Shown: positions 38,021-52,412 of the stretch, in pieces
How the letters are laid out: each line of letters opens with the position of its first letter
Position numbering within the stretch: position 1 is the stretch's first letter
DNA from: Bugula neritina
Taxonomy: Eukaryota; Animalia; Bryozoa
Reading direction: 5' to 3'
NCBI GenBank assembly: GCA_964035545.1
Contig: OZ037772.1
Location: 4,902,233 to 4,966,232, forward strand
Length of the DNA stretch: 64,000 nt
Translations under genes and position numbers: made by a program
Notes under the pieces: generated by a model
The model's input: only the letters and a program-made list of their open reading frames with translations
Told to the model about the DNA's origin: nothing
Databases searched by the model: none

Positions 38021-41000
38021 CTTTGAAAATAACTGCAAGAAAGGTATGACTTACTATTTTTCTTACTCTTACTGTGACTCTCAGTCGTAATGTAAAATAA
38101 AATTGTGAACTGTAAAGTTAAACCCAAGGCTGAAATTTATTTAATTAAATTTAGACAATCTGAATCATTGGCTCAATCCTTGAGTTTGACTATTACTATT
38201 ATTATTAGTGTTACGATTGTGATTATCATTGGCATTATGCCATTATCATTATGATTGTAATTGTGGTAATTCTAACATTAATTATAATCATAAATTAAAA
38301 GGTAATGATTAATGATAATTATTTTCATTTTGTAATCATAATGATAATCATAATGATGTAAATTTTGATGTAAATTTTGATGTAAAACCAAAATACTAAA
38401 ACTAAAAGTAATAGTTGTAAAATTAAATGATAAAATATTATAATGATTATGATAATTAATAAAATTATTATATTTATTATATTATTATTGAATATATTAT
38501 TTCATTAGAAAATAGGTTGCAGCTTAGCATGATTAAAATTCAGTAAAAATTAGTTTACTAACAGCAAACATGCATGCGTCTTGTCAACATTCAATTCGTA
38601 GTGCCATAGCGAAGCCAGATTACTGGTAGTACGACTACTAGAACTACTACTACTAGTGATGGATTACAGATCCTTGGCGATTTTAGCTGTGAGTGACCTT
38701 CACCTCACATTCTCGTCATGCGCGCGGCATTAGACTATGTAGAGGGTATAAAGCACTGAGCTGGAAAAGAAATAATATATTTTAATTATAGGTAATACTA
38801 ATAGTAATAGTAATATAATTTATGGTAATATATAGGTAATATTATTGAGTTCATTGGTATGGAGTATAGACCTATCACTGATGGTATCAGTATCAACTAC
38901 TACTTACGTACTACTTCAACTTATAACTTACCTTCAACTCAAACTGCTTGGAATCATTTGTCTTTGATCATATTGATATTGGCATTGTCATTGTGATTGT
39001 AATAACTATTAATATTTTTAGTTCAACATCAATGCCGAACATATTGTAATAACTAATAAGATAACCATAAGGTTGATATATTTTGCTAATACTAATACTA
39101 ATAGTAATAGTTATAGTAATAGTAATTCAGTGTCACTCTCACTCTGGTGGAGTGAGACTCAGACTTAGAGTTAGAGACAGAGTGAGTCCGAGTAAGTCTG
39201 AGTGTTGGTAATAGTAATAGTCATATGAATTTAAATTATATTTACCTATTTCTAGCAATCACAATGGCAATAGTTATAGTAACTTTCACTTACTCTTAAA
39301 TCATTGAACCTGAACTAAAAGTAAAATTAAGCATTATGATTATCATTATCATTATGATTATACCTATGGTTTTATTATGTTTAAATTAAAAACCAATATC
39401 ATGATAATATCATAGTGATAGACATATTATTGATAAATGATAATATAAAAGTAATTTGATAAATTATACATTGATTTTGAATTAAGGTGATACTGATACT
39501 AGACCGGTACTGAAAGTGATAGTAGGCTAATACTAATAGTAATAGTAATAGTCATATAAATTTAAGTTATATTTACTCATTACCGGCAATCACAATGGCA
39601 ATAGTAACTTAAACTGTAAAAGTAATGGTATGGGTATGTTTGAAATTGTCACTATCAATATTGCTATGAATCAAAATATAATGCTATCATACCAATAATT
39701 TAAAATAGTATTACAAAGCTTCAGTAGCAACTTTTACTTGTACCAGTTTGGAATTTTGAATTATACATATTCTTAGTTAAAGTCTTCAAGTTTATTGTCA
39801 AAATGAACTTGAAATTAAAGACTTAGTAGTAAAAATTAAACTAAGACTGACTGTAAGTGACTAAGATTAAAAATAAGTAATTTTAAATATCGATTTAGTA
39901 TTTTTCTTACTCTTTGTCTTGAAATTGACTTTTATTTTGCACCTAATCCTGGTCAATGATTCTTTTTTCTATTTATATTACTATTGCTATTAGTATAATT
40001 GACTTAAATTTAATAATAGATATGATTATATCTTTATAAATGTGATATTTGATTTTATGAATAGTAATTCGAAAACTCTTTGGTATTATTTATTTTTGAT
40101 CATTGTAGTTATTATCATTATATTTGTATAATAATTATGATTATCAAATTCAATATCGATATTTGTATTATGGTATGGATATCTGCCTCCACACCGTGTT
40201 CTGTTTTGCAGTGCCTTTTTACATTTACGTCTAGGTTCACATTGCGATGGTCATACTGATAGCACTTGGGGACAGTGATGAGCATAATGATTATCACTAA
40301 TATTAAGATTATCGTTATTAGGATTTAGAATAATTTAATAAACAAGCAACTTAAAACAAATGTTTTTACTAATATACATATTAATTACTAATATAAATAT
40401 ACTACTATGAATATTATAATTATTATACTTTACAATTCAAAGTAAGATAATCATAATACGAACTGGTAAAACTAAATATAAAGTAAATGTAATAATACTA
40501 ATAGTAGTTATCCATTCCCCTTTGGTTTCACATACTAATAATTGGAAACCTCTGTCCTAATATTATTTCTATTAATATTGCTCAAAGTTTGATCCCTATT
40601 TAATTTTATAGTTCACTCACCAGCTACATAATTTTATTAAAATACATGTGGTATTGGTTATAGTACTAGTGAAACTTGAAGTTGAATAGCATGCTTATTA
40701 CTCACTGCTCTTTGCTTACATTATTAGGGTTACTCTTTAGTCTTAGAGATACCCTAACATAAACTTGAAAGCTGGAGGTAGTACTAGTCTAGTGCTGTGT
40801 TAATCCTACACTGTTGACTTATCAACACCGTGACTATAATTATGACTCCTAAGTCAAAGTCATTTTCATATAGTAGTAATCACTATGACAGACTGAAAGT
40901 CAGGAAGACTAAATATAATGGTAAAGTGTGTAAGAATAAATCATACTTAATCAATTACTTTTAGTTTTGTTACCAGTGTTGGGTCAACTTTCAGAATAAA

Positions 41001-42589
41001 GAATAAATATAATTATAAAGATAAATGGATAAAAATTCCAATCATGGTTTAATGTGCCTATTTTAAGCTGTTAATTTAATTACTATAATATAAGTGCTCA
41101 AAATACAACTTTTGATTTTCATAATTATGTTTTAATTTAATACAGATACCATAGTATCATATACAGTAGAATCAGTTGTATCTTATTTAATAATAAAGTA
41201 ACTTTTTGCAGCTTTCACAGTTATTAATTATTCACTTGTTAGTCTTTGAACTAGGACAATGTTAGAAACTTGAAACTTGTAGAATGAAGTTTGATTTCAG
41301 TTACCGCAATGGTATCTGCAGTCACAATAGGGATATGCATATAACTATGTTTATATTTGTGAAAAATATATAGTCAAAACTAGATAGGGTAATAGTAATT
41401 ATAGTTAGTTTCACTTTTACTATATTCCTATAAACTGGAAAATAGACAGAAGCATTTAATCATGAAAGTAAACCTAATGGAAGTAAATCAATTCACTAAG
41501 TATAGTAAAATATTTACTATTCAGTGAGTTTATTTACTTTAGTTAATTGTACTTGATTATTTCTGTTGGTTGGTTTTTCAGTTGGTTTTTCTGCCTTTTG
41601 CTATAGCATATCAAACTACCACAAAGTCATTCTTCAATATTACAATGTTAATCATAGTGTTACTCTGTAATGTTATCGTAATGTGATAGTAATATTTGGA
41701 TCATTGTAAGTGTTTCTGTTGTTGTACTGATTGATAAATATTTTTTAGCTTGCATGGATATTTAATACCATCAAGGTGTCATTTGAACCGGGACTGGAAT
41801 AAAGATGGCAAATCGAGAAGCTAGCTACAATTCTTCTGCAGAAAGAAACTTGGTAAGCAAAAATAAGCTGCAGCATAAAGCAGTAAGCGAAATGGCGATG
41901 AATTTTGCTTGATTTTGATTGACCTTAAAATGTCTGGTCACCTTTTACCGCCGTGGTCCTGCGCGGTTGGCGGGTGGCCTTAAAATGTCCAATGCACGTA
42001 AAATAAATTTTGTGACAGTCAAAAGTATGCTGATCTTTTTTGTATTTCAATGCATCGGTGTCTTAGCTTAAGAGCTGAACCCAACAATTTTGATCTAAAG
42101 CTGTTTTTTACGAGAAAGTGATTTTACTGTCTTTCTGATTATTCTTGGTTTTTCAGCTTGATGAATTGAATAAATGGAATTGATTTTGGATATTTTGTAA
42201 TGGATGAAAGAATTTTTTCTTAAATTTGTACTAAGCAATTTTTGCTATGGCTATGATGTTAAGTGATAAAATTGCACCCTTAATAACCCTGAAAACTTTC
42301 ATTACTAGCATTTGTTTATGTTCATTTTTAGGAAATAAAAACGAAGACACAACTCACCGATGCCATCTCACTGTGCCTGCATGCAGCTTATCTAAAAAGG
42401 TACTACTATTAGCTGGCTCTTGCCCAATACCTGGTTGTCTCTGTAACTATTTTTTGCTCGCAGATGAGTTTTTTGAACTTGACATTTTATTGATTTTGAA
42501 AGTTATAGTGAGCTTTGAACTTGCTAGCATCGTTTTTAAAGACTTGCTGCAGTTTTTATCAACATTTTTTAAGTCAATGGTGTTAGTTT

Positions 42590-42855
42590 GGAAGCTCTCT
42601 CACTCCTCTCTCTGTCTCTTTCTCCCACACCTTCCACTCAACCTCTCTCTCTTTCTCTCCCTCTCTCCCACCCTCCCTCTCTCCCACCCTCTGTCTCTCC
42701 CACCTTCTCCCTCTCTCTCCCACTCTCTGTCTTTCCCACCTTCTCTCTCTCCTAACCTTACTCTCCTCCCTTTTCCACTATCTCTCTGACTCTCTCCCTT
42801 TCTCTCTTCTACCCCATCTCTCTTCCATCATCTCTCCTAACCTTTCTCTCTCTAG
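42590..42855. repeat. CT-rich (polypyrimidine) low-complexity tract
   Basis: ctctctccca/ctctctctt repeats. Confidence 0.85.
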
Positions 42856-43869
42856 TTTGCATGGCTTTACCCAATTTTGGTTTATTTTTTTATTTTGTTT
42901 CAGAGTATCCAAAAGGAAAGCTAAAATTTATTTAATATATATTATACTAACTTGAGCTTTACATATAATATCAAATAAATGCTGTGTTTTGTTAAAACAA
43001 TGTTTGCAACTTTGTAGTATATTCAAATTCATAATTTATTTGTAGAGTCACACAACAAGACACTACTCTGACACACTCACAAGTTGCCACTGATCCAGCA
43101 GTATAGATGATTGTTTTCTCCACTGGCTATGCTGTCACGCTTTACTGATGTGGTGTTTGAAACAATCCAATTGTTTGCCTACGCAGACTAGGGCGAGAAA
43201 AAAAGTGAGAAATGAAAGCTGTTTTTAACACCAACTACACTTAGTTTTTATTGAATGAAAAACAAAGTGAAATCATTAGTTATCAGTTAAATGACTAAAT
43301 CACTGTTTATAAAGATGAAACACAAATAATCTTATAATATGCTAATGAAATTTGGCTTTCAAATAGCTTTTTTCTGTATATTTGTTGAGGAAGTTTATCT
43401 TCAACAAAACTTCGTAGCTGTTGAGTATGTGGAGAGTATTTTATGTTGCATAAATTTATAGAGTAAAAGGTTCTTATCAAACTTTTACAACTTAACTCAT
43501 CTACGGTTTAAAAGTGTGAGTCACCCTTCACACTAGAGTTTTATAAAGTTTTAATGAATGTGCAGTATTTCATAAAATATTGTGTGTCTCGTAAATTTAG
43601 CTATTTATACCTTTTCAGTGAGATTGGAGTAAACACACCTCAAAATTAACATCTGGTATCACATTGATCTATCGCAAGTCAAAGTACACCTACTAACTCT
43701 TCCTTCCTTAATACCTGCTTGCTTTTGCACTTCTACTCATTTCATATACGTAACATTTCTCTTGCAGATGAATTACATCTTTTAAGTTGTAAAAGCCTTA
43801 AATAGCATGAAATTAATGAGGTTTAAACCGTGGCCACACTAACTATTGATGCGTTTATTGATGGGCTAA

Positions 43870-44900
43870 ATTACACGAAAATATTGTCTCTTTCTTTTTA
43901 GTTTCACCTGAAGTATTACATACTATTGATGGAGGCTTTGCTGAAGTTTTTGGGTGATGATTTGTCAATACTTTTCCAGAGAAGATGATGCCACGGTGGC
44001 TGGCGTCATTATGCAGTTTCCAAATTTCTTTCGGCTTTGCTCTAGTGAAAATGTTGGAAAACAATCAACAAAAAGGTTTGTACCATAAACGAAGTTATTG
44101 TGTGCATGTTGCCAAAGCATAAAGTGTGCCGGACATTTTTAAGTTTCTGTTGAGTTGCGTTGATGCTTTTCCTGCATGAAAAAAGTTCCAGTTTCAGTTA
44201 ATATCACTTGCCGAGTACCCACCTATGTTTTAAATCATATTGATACATACGTTCTTTTTGTAATATTAAAAGTATAACTTGCTAAATTGCTATTCAATGC
44301 CCATTGAAGTTTCCAACTGTAATTAAGTAGTTGATTTGGCAGCATAGTATCGATGATTGATGAAGGCAGTCGATATAATTATAAGCATAAATATCTATAT
44401 CTACATGAAGATGTCATTCCCAATGATTGTTATTCTGAAGTCAGCTGATTAAGTTATCACAAACTAAACATTTTGACCAGCTTTTACAATGCAACTCGGT
44501 GAAATTTTAGACCTAGATAAATTGAATTTCTTACTGAAAATCGTGAAGGTATTAAAGTTTGAAGTGAAAGTTTAAAGGGTCATCTCTCTGCGAATTCTAA
44601 TAGCATGGTGCCAATTAGACTTGAAAAAATTTCAAGGCACTATAAAGCACTAAGCCCATTCTTACAAGTAGTTTCAAAGTGCACTGGAATTTCAGTTTAC
44701 TTGTCATTGTATAGAATCCTGATCTACACTATATAGCATTCACTATTGCCTGCTTCTTCTAAGCATCTATAATGTTTGCTTTGAGAAGTGAATTTCTACT
44801 TGGTATTTTTTCCTTATCGTTCTGTTTGCCAGTAGTCTTAATTTAATGGATTTTCCCTTTTCAAAAGTGGTTGTGACAATCAAAACACATCATGCAGCCT
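43870..44900 (-). mobile_element. Possible heavily degraded hAT-type transposase remnant
   Basis: Minus-strand fragments occur in an order reminiscent of hAT motifs (NFxxL, YDxAxxMxG-like, CP..LY..CxxH, SxKR). Many stops; judged by eye only. Confidence 0.3.
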
Positions 44901-46202
44901 GCAACGACACAATCAGTCAGTAATTTCTTCCATTAAAGTAGCTCTTCTGGTTACTCTTACTCACCTAAAAGCCTGAGCCTCATTCAAATTGCAAGTTTTT
45001 AGAGTTGTTAATTTTTCATGCAGTCTTTCATTTTCTTTTGTTAGGCACAAAATTAGTATTCACTAGACCTAATCTTTCATCTGCATGTATGCCTATTGTT
45101 TGTTCATTAAAGAAAAATCTCTGCTGAATATTGAACTAATAATGAAAACGAATTCCCTAAACTAAAAGTAGCAGTGTGATTTTGGTATTACAATCAGTTG
45201 TTAGCATAGAGTCAAGTTATTGACAGGAATTTTCAAATTGAAATGAATGAATTTCATTGTAAGTCAGCAAGATTTAGTCTAAGTAAACATAGCATTACAT
45301 CATGTTCTTATTTAACATTGGTAGAAGGCAACATTTATTTTAAGGACTGTTGTAAACTTAAATGTAATTTTAGGTACTTTCCATGTTTGTTATTGTAGAT
45401 GGTCTTGTTCTTTGGAATGGATGTGACAACTCCTTGTGTCAAACTTAACTGATTGACTACTGAATCCCAATCATGTTTTGCCAAAAAATGTGAAAATGGA
45501 GTGCATGTCTACTTTATTTGAGAAAATATTAAAAATACTTTTGAAACTTCATCTAGCCAAACAATACAACAGTTTCATTTTATTAAAAAACGTCATTTGC
45601 CCAAAATGTATTATGTAATCGAACAATTTCTAGAAAAAACAGTGCTTTCCTCCAGTTTTGCTAATGAATTACATATTTAATTACATGCTTGTCTTTATAA
45701 TTTTATTAATTGTTTTTTCTGGTGAGTCAATTCAACCTCGAAAAGTCTGAATTTCAGACTTAATTTCAAGCTAGAATATTCACATTTTTAGGTCTGCGTT
45801 TGCAAACATTGTTGTGTTACTTTACTTTTTATATTTTTTGAAATAGATATTTTTTTAGCTTGTGCCTATTCATGATTAGAAGAGTATAATAATATTTAAT
45901 TTTTCTTCAATTTTAATAGATGAAAATGTTGATCAGTTGGAGTATTCAGTTTAGCTGAATTTTACTTGCTTCTGCGAAAACAATCTTTTGGAGTTGTCTG
46001 CCCTCTCTTTAGGTAATTTTTTGACCTATGGTCAATGCAATAATTATAACTTTTTAAAGATGCTTGTGAACCTAACAATATAGCACAACTATCAAACCAC
46101 ATTATTTATTCAATATCTGCATAAAATTTAGCCAATAATCTGCCACCCAATGAGCTTGAAAAGATATTAGAATTCTAGCTCAGTGCTGCCATCAATGTAG
46201 AT

Positions 46203-46264
46203 ATTTATAATGATATAAAGCCAAAACTCATTATTTATAATGATATAAAGCCAAAACTCATTAT
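46203..46264. repeat. Perfect ~30 bp tandem duplication
   Basis: atttataatgatataaagccaaaactcatt occurs twice. Confidence 0.9.
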
Positions 46265-47289
46265 TGCATGAAATTATCTAACCATTCCTGACGAAGAATC
46301 GAGATAATAACTCCAAAGTTGGTCAGTTGAAACCACAGCAATAATACTTTAATCCTTATAATTGTCAGGTTTAATTTTATACCAAGCCCCAATAAGTACA
46401 TATCACTATGACAACACAGCCTAAGCACCTCCAATGCAAGAAATTTAGTATTGTGGTGCTACAAATCCTCCAGTTGCAAATGAGTAGAGCTTTCATGATT
46501 ATTGGTCTACCATAATGTTTATTTAGTTTTAAGGACTAGCATAAATGCTATTATATGTGGAAGGTATTTGAAAAGCTTCCAACTCCATCTTCAACTACGG
46601 GCTATTATAATTATGCCGATAAACGAGATACTACACTCAGACTGCCCTGTTATAGTACTATGATTGGCTACTGCAAAATTTTTGCCGATAGACAACATTT
46701 ATTTATGATGTAATGTATCTCGTATTGGTACATAAGTGTTATGTCTGAGGACGAGATACTGTGAAATTATGCCCTGTCAAATTTATATAATAATACGGCT
46801 TGTTTGAAATTATTGTGAAATTTGCCTTCAACTTTTGGTATTAGGTTTTATTTAATTACTAATAAGTGACAAGATTTTTTGTCTTAACTTAACTAGTCAA
46901 TAGCATTTTAAGTGCATTTTCTATTCTAAAAAGCTGTTCAAAGTGATAGGAGACCAAAATTCTCAATATATAGAATCAATCATTTCAATTAGCGACCTCA
47001 AAGCGACTGCCTGCGAACTGAAAAAACCAAAACAATAACAAAATTCGATAAAACCAAGCATAACATTGCAATTTGAACATTTTTGTTTATTGTATATTTT
47101 ATAAAAAATGCCTAAATAAAATCAGCTGGGTGGGCATAATTTAATAACAGTTTGTTGCATTGAAAACTTGCTAGTCATTTATTCAGACTTGATGTTTATA
47201 ATCATTTGTAGACTACTAAGCTAAGTTATTAACATCACTTACAAAAAAATTTGGAGCAACTTTACCACGAACGTGTTTCTAATGTTGCG

Positions 47290-47345
47290 TTTTGTTCTGA
47301 TGAGAGGACAAATCCCAAAACAGCTGCTGTCCATAGATTGAGATA
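47290..47345 (+). ncRNA. Degenerate solo copy of the retrozyme HHR
   Basis: ctgatgagaggacaaatcccAaaacagctgctgtccatagattgaga matches the 11433-11490 HHR, with GAAA changed to AAAA. Confidence 0.8.
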
Positions 47346-47354
47346 TATATATAT

Positions 47355-48027
<673 letters not shown>

Positions 48028-48108
48028 CTTTACGAGCTAGCAATTTAATTATAAATAGGTATACGAGAAACATTGTTGATTTATTACTTTATTATAGGTA
48101 AAATAATT

Positions 48109-48150
48109 CTACTAATATTTCGGGTACCACTGTACCCATCTTCAGAGTAG
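48109..48150 (-). ncRNA. Family B HHR variant (AUU cleavage triplet)
   Basis: CUACU-CUGAAGA-U-GGGUAC(AGUG)GUACCC-GAAA-UA-UU^-AGUAG. Confidence 0.7.
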
Positions 48151-48328
48151 CAATGAATGAAATTCAAAAATTATTATGTTACGTTAGACGTTATGCATGA
48201 CACAAAGAATAGAGAGTGGCAGTTATTGTAAATTATTGAAACTTAGGGAGATAATCTTATTTTATATATTACGCAGGTCAAAAATTAATTATACTGATTG
48301 TTTTGCATGAAAAATAAATTAGAGTTGA

Positions 48329-48368
<40 letters not shown>

Positions 48369-48730
48369 GATATCCAAGTATAAATAGCAAGAATTAGTGA
48401 AACTATGCGAGAGTTGAGTAGTGTGGAGCTATTGATATAGTTTTAGTGGTATGGAGTAATTTTGTTTATTAAGTTGCGGTTTTATTTGTTTATTTATTTA
48501 TTTCACTAATTCTTGCTATTTATACTTGGATATCTATATTTTTTTTTTTTTGTCAACTCTAATTTATTTTTTATGCAAAACAATCAGTATAATTAATTTT
48601 TGACCTGCGTAATATATAAAATAAGATTATCTCCCTAAGTTTCAATAATTTACAATAACTGCCACTCTCTATTCTTTGTGTCATGCATAACGTCTAACGT
48701 AACATAATAATTTTTGAATTTCATTCATTG

Positions 48731-48772
48731 CTACTCTGAAGATGGGTACAGTGGTACCCGAAATATTAGTAG
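48731..48772 (+). ncRNA. Family B HHR variant (AUU cleavage triplet)
   Basis: ctactctgaagatgggtacagtggtacccgaaatattagtag; 5 bp stem I. Confidence 0.7.
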
Positions 48773-48822
48773 AATTATTTTACCTATAATAAAGTAATAA
48801 ATCAACAATGTTTCTCGTATAC

Positions 48823-48872
<50 letters not shown>

Positions 48873-49583
48873 GTAAATTTAAAAGATGCAGTTTTAGCAC
48901 AATATTTATCTATATCTATGCAGGGACAGGGAAACTTTGCAACTCAATTGCAGATATTTCTAAAGTTAGTAAAATTTAAAGTACTTGATGTTGCAAAAAC
49001 ATTTAGTATATTTGGTTCTCATCATAATGTTTGAAAGTTTATTTTCATTACTGTCTGAAATCTATCTAATCAAATAACATTAAGTATTATAACAATTAAT
49101 AGCATAGTATAGTAGTCATTTATAGTTTTTATCAAGATACAAGACTTTCAACTTATTGATTATATTTTAAAGCAGATGTGAAGAGGTTTATCAATAGAAT
49201 ACAATTTCTATTTTAATTCAAATTGATTTATATATCAGCCTATATGTATATACATTGGTGTTGCCACTCTTTTGGAGTTATACTATATATACGTGAATAT
49301 TGTAAAGAGTTGTGCTCCTGTGTATATTGAAAGGACAACTCCTCGGCTTTTATTCTGTTCTCCTAATGCGTAGCATCTCTAGTACACTCAGCCTAACAAT
49401 GTCTACATTACTACACTACCGACGTACGCTCTGAACAAAGGGAGGATCAACTAAATAGAATGGAACTAACAATGACACTGACATGGGCTAGTCAGTAGTG
49501 CACTTGAATAAGCGCAGTTGACCGGTGGCATTGATTTAGATAGGTTGCGTTATGCTGTTATATATATATATATAGCGGCAAAC

Positions 49584-49632
49584 TTATCTGACGAGTGCAC
49601 ATCGTTTTTGTGTACAAAACTACTAGTAATAA
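49584..49632 (+). ncRNA. Degenerate HHR of a further (fourth) family, probably a PLE pLTR remnant
   Basis: UUAU-CUGACGA-GUGCACA(UCGUUUU)UGUGUAC-AAAA-CUACUAG-UA^-AUAA, with the G of GAAA mutated. It lies between TA runs. Confidence 0.6.
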
Positions 49633-49671
49633 ATGCCATTATATTAATAAAATATCATTTTATTTCTTCTA

Positions 49672-49868
<197 letters not shown>

Positions 49869-50861
49869 GTTATAAAAGCAGGTAGTTCTGCTAAACAACA
49901 TTGAGTAGAATAATAGGTAAATAACATGATTGTTTACACTCCATTTTATTTTTATAGCGTGCAATATAAAAATTTTTATCTAGCAATATAAAACATTGCT
50001 TAGAGCAAGTTATAAAAGCAGCTAGTTCTGCCAATCAATATTGAATAGAATAATAAGTTGCTAACCAGAGTTGTCATCTCTCTATATCAAAGTTCATTTT
50101 AATACAATATGCTGATGCACCAGTCCTCTGAACTTTATTTTCTTATCAATAATTTCATTATACTATATAAAATAGAGGTTATGAATTATGAATTTGTACA
50201 GAAGCTTTTTTACTTTTTGCAAGCAAATTGCCTGAAAAAGTTTTGCTAGTAGGCATATGCAGCACTCAATAAGGTATATGAACTTGCTCTAGGTTATTTC
50301 ATTCTCATGATATTATTCAAGTAGTTCTTTTAGCATCTAAAAATAAGCTGCATTGTTTACAGATAATCTCTGTGTCTCTATATGTCTCTGGTTATTTTAT
50401 ATACAGTTTAACAATTTATGCCTTTTTAAATATTTCCATGTTAGATAGACATTGAGGATTGGTTTGCATTTTCTTAAACTGATTCGAAATGTGTTGTTGA
50501 CAAATGTTGCATACTGCTCACCAACACCAAGCACTCTGTATGCAAACTTGCTAGACTCCTGTATGAATGTACCAAGTAGATAATTACATACACTGACAGC
50601 TTACTGATCTGATGACATGATAAGAATATTTAATATGAATACTTACCAACTGAGTTTGGTCACTAAAAAGTGATAGTGAGGAATCAACAAAATTTTCGAA
50701 AGAACAAGTTCAAGGTTATGTGGAATAAAAGTGAAGGAAATAAAATCAGCATCTTATCTGCCAATGAGATGCTTGGAGCAGGCAAGAAGTTGTTGTTGTT
50801 TTTTTGCAACGAAACAAGTATTATAGCTGAGATCCAGGGACATTATTTATAGATACTAAAA

Positions 50862-51290
50862 AGCAGTGTTTGAAAAACTGGTGAACCTATCCTCTGCTAA
50901 TATTAAAAGGTCAACAGCAATGTAGTTTCTGTATAAATACAAGTGTGACCTATTTTAATGTCAGAGTGCATTGTAATATAATCACGTTACATAATACAAA
51001 GGCTATAAAATGATTGGGAGGATGAAATGAAACTTCATTCTGTTTACTGCTCTACTTGCTACTCTGCTAGTATAACTACATCTTAACTACAGCAGCACAT
51101 GACTACTTCCCATAACTCTAGTATTGTAATGGGTATGGGACATGTATGCCCCGTTTTTCTATAATGGCATATAAACACTTACATGTGAAGCGTAACTGTA
51201 TTATATTTACAAATGTATTATAACATTCCCTTTTCAACGCTCAGGGTAACACTGTGAAATACCACACTCTCTGCAGTACTGGTGCAGGGT
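50862..51290 (+). repeat. Local duplication copy 1 (flank plus first ~165 bp of the LTR); copy 2 at about 59121-59550
   Basis: agcagtgtttgaa...aggtcaacag...ctctagtattgtaatgggtatgg...ctctctgcagta.tgg.gcagggt is shared. Confidence 0.85.
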
Positions 51291-51613
51291 ACCACAAGAG
51301 CCGCCAGGGTCCCCACTGCCAGAACATATTGGCCAACCAGAGTACAGCCTCCCCACATAAGGAGGGCCTCTCGGGCGCCCAGACTTATCCGACGCTTCGA
51401 TTTGTTACAAAGCTCACTGCTGTATTAAATCTTTGTCTTTTATACTTTTTTACATTGATGTAATATTTTATAATTAGTGTTTCAAATATATCTATTTGTT
51501 CAACTGTAACAACTACTTCGTTCTCTCCAACAAACCTCTTATGAAGGTTATGCTCTAATAGTGCAAACACACAATATTATCCAAACTGGTAGTAGTCAGC
51601 AAAACCCTATTAT

Positions 51614-51631
51614 TGGTGGCATCGGTGAGAT
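51614..51631 (+). promoter_or_regulatory. Primer-binding site complementary to the tRNA-Leu 3' end
   Basis: TGGTGGCATCGGTGAGAT versus TGGTGGCAGCGGTGGGAT, the reverse complement of the animal tRNA-Leu(AAG) 3' end plus CCA as recalled; 16/18 match. It lies immediately after the LTR. Confidence 0.75.
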
Positions 51632-51749
51632 AATTGTGTGCAGATGCAACTGCTACTCTTCGGAAAGAGGATTATAGATGGCCAAAGCTGGAAGAGAAAA
51701 GTGCTGGAAGAAAAGCTGTCAGTGGAGACAACGAACCATCGTCAGAGCC

Positions 51750-52412
51750 TATATGTCCCTGAAAGCGACACTATCCACAGATCAATGGATCATATATGGT
51801 CTTTTGCGTATATAAACAATAGCGCTTACTTTAAACTTCCAGTTTTCAACCGGACAGCCTAAATGTTTTTGAAATTAATGTTGATGGTGCAGCTTAGTAA
51901 TCATGGGATACTTATAGCCATTAAATTTGATTAAATTAATAGCTACCAAGCCAGCTATTTGATTTTCAATGTAATTCCTAAATTTCAAAATTATCGCTAA
52001 ATTTTTATGCTACTTCTAAATGCAACAAACTGCTGTTAAAACATACATAGCCAATTTTTTATTCAGTTGCTATTCAGAAAACATCCAAATAGACAGAAAT
52101 GTTAAAGTCACAGAATTTTTAAGTTGCTTTAACAATTTGTTTTATCATTTTGAATTTTCAATGGCGGTTTTGAGAGGTCAAATTAAAATGACTGATTTTA
52201 GCTAGAATTTCGTTCTCCTGTCACTTTAAACAAGCTTTTTATAATAGAAAATATTCGTAAAATTATAATACCCAAGTTATTTGAGGCCAAAATCCAGTAT
52301 AACCTTTTATTAATGAAATTGAAACTTATGCAAAATGTGTTAGCAAATTTCGCGATAAACTCAAGCGAGACATAAAATTACGTAACTTCAAAGTTGATCG
52401 CAAAAGGGTTAA
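51750..52412. mobile_element. AT-rich insertion in the Gypsy 5' region, ending in a piggyBac-like terminus (AAAGGG-TTAA)
   Basis: Composition shifts here and the right end reads caaaagggTTAA. No matching left terminus was found. Confidence 0.4.

Larger units (their letters stand above)
48028..48830. mobile_element. Foldback (palindromic) pair of Penelope family B pLTRs
   Basis: 48028 to about 48492 is the reverse complement of about 9493-9925, and about 48500-48830 repeats about 9584-9902. HHRs at 48109-48150 (-) and 48731-48772 (+). Confidence 0.9.

Noticed and set aside
42247-42789. 180 aa ORF
   Set aside because: The C-terminal third is a CT-rich low-complexity tract and no domain is recognised.
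46285-46330. HHR-like CCTGACGAAG...GAG/CTC..CAAAG
   Set aside because: It lacks GAAA and convincing stems I and III, so it is too degenerate to call.
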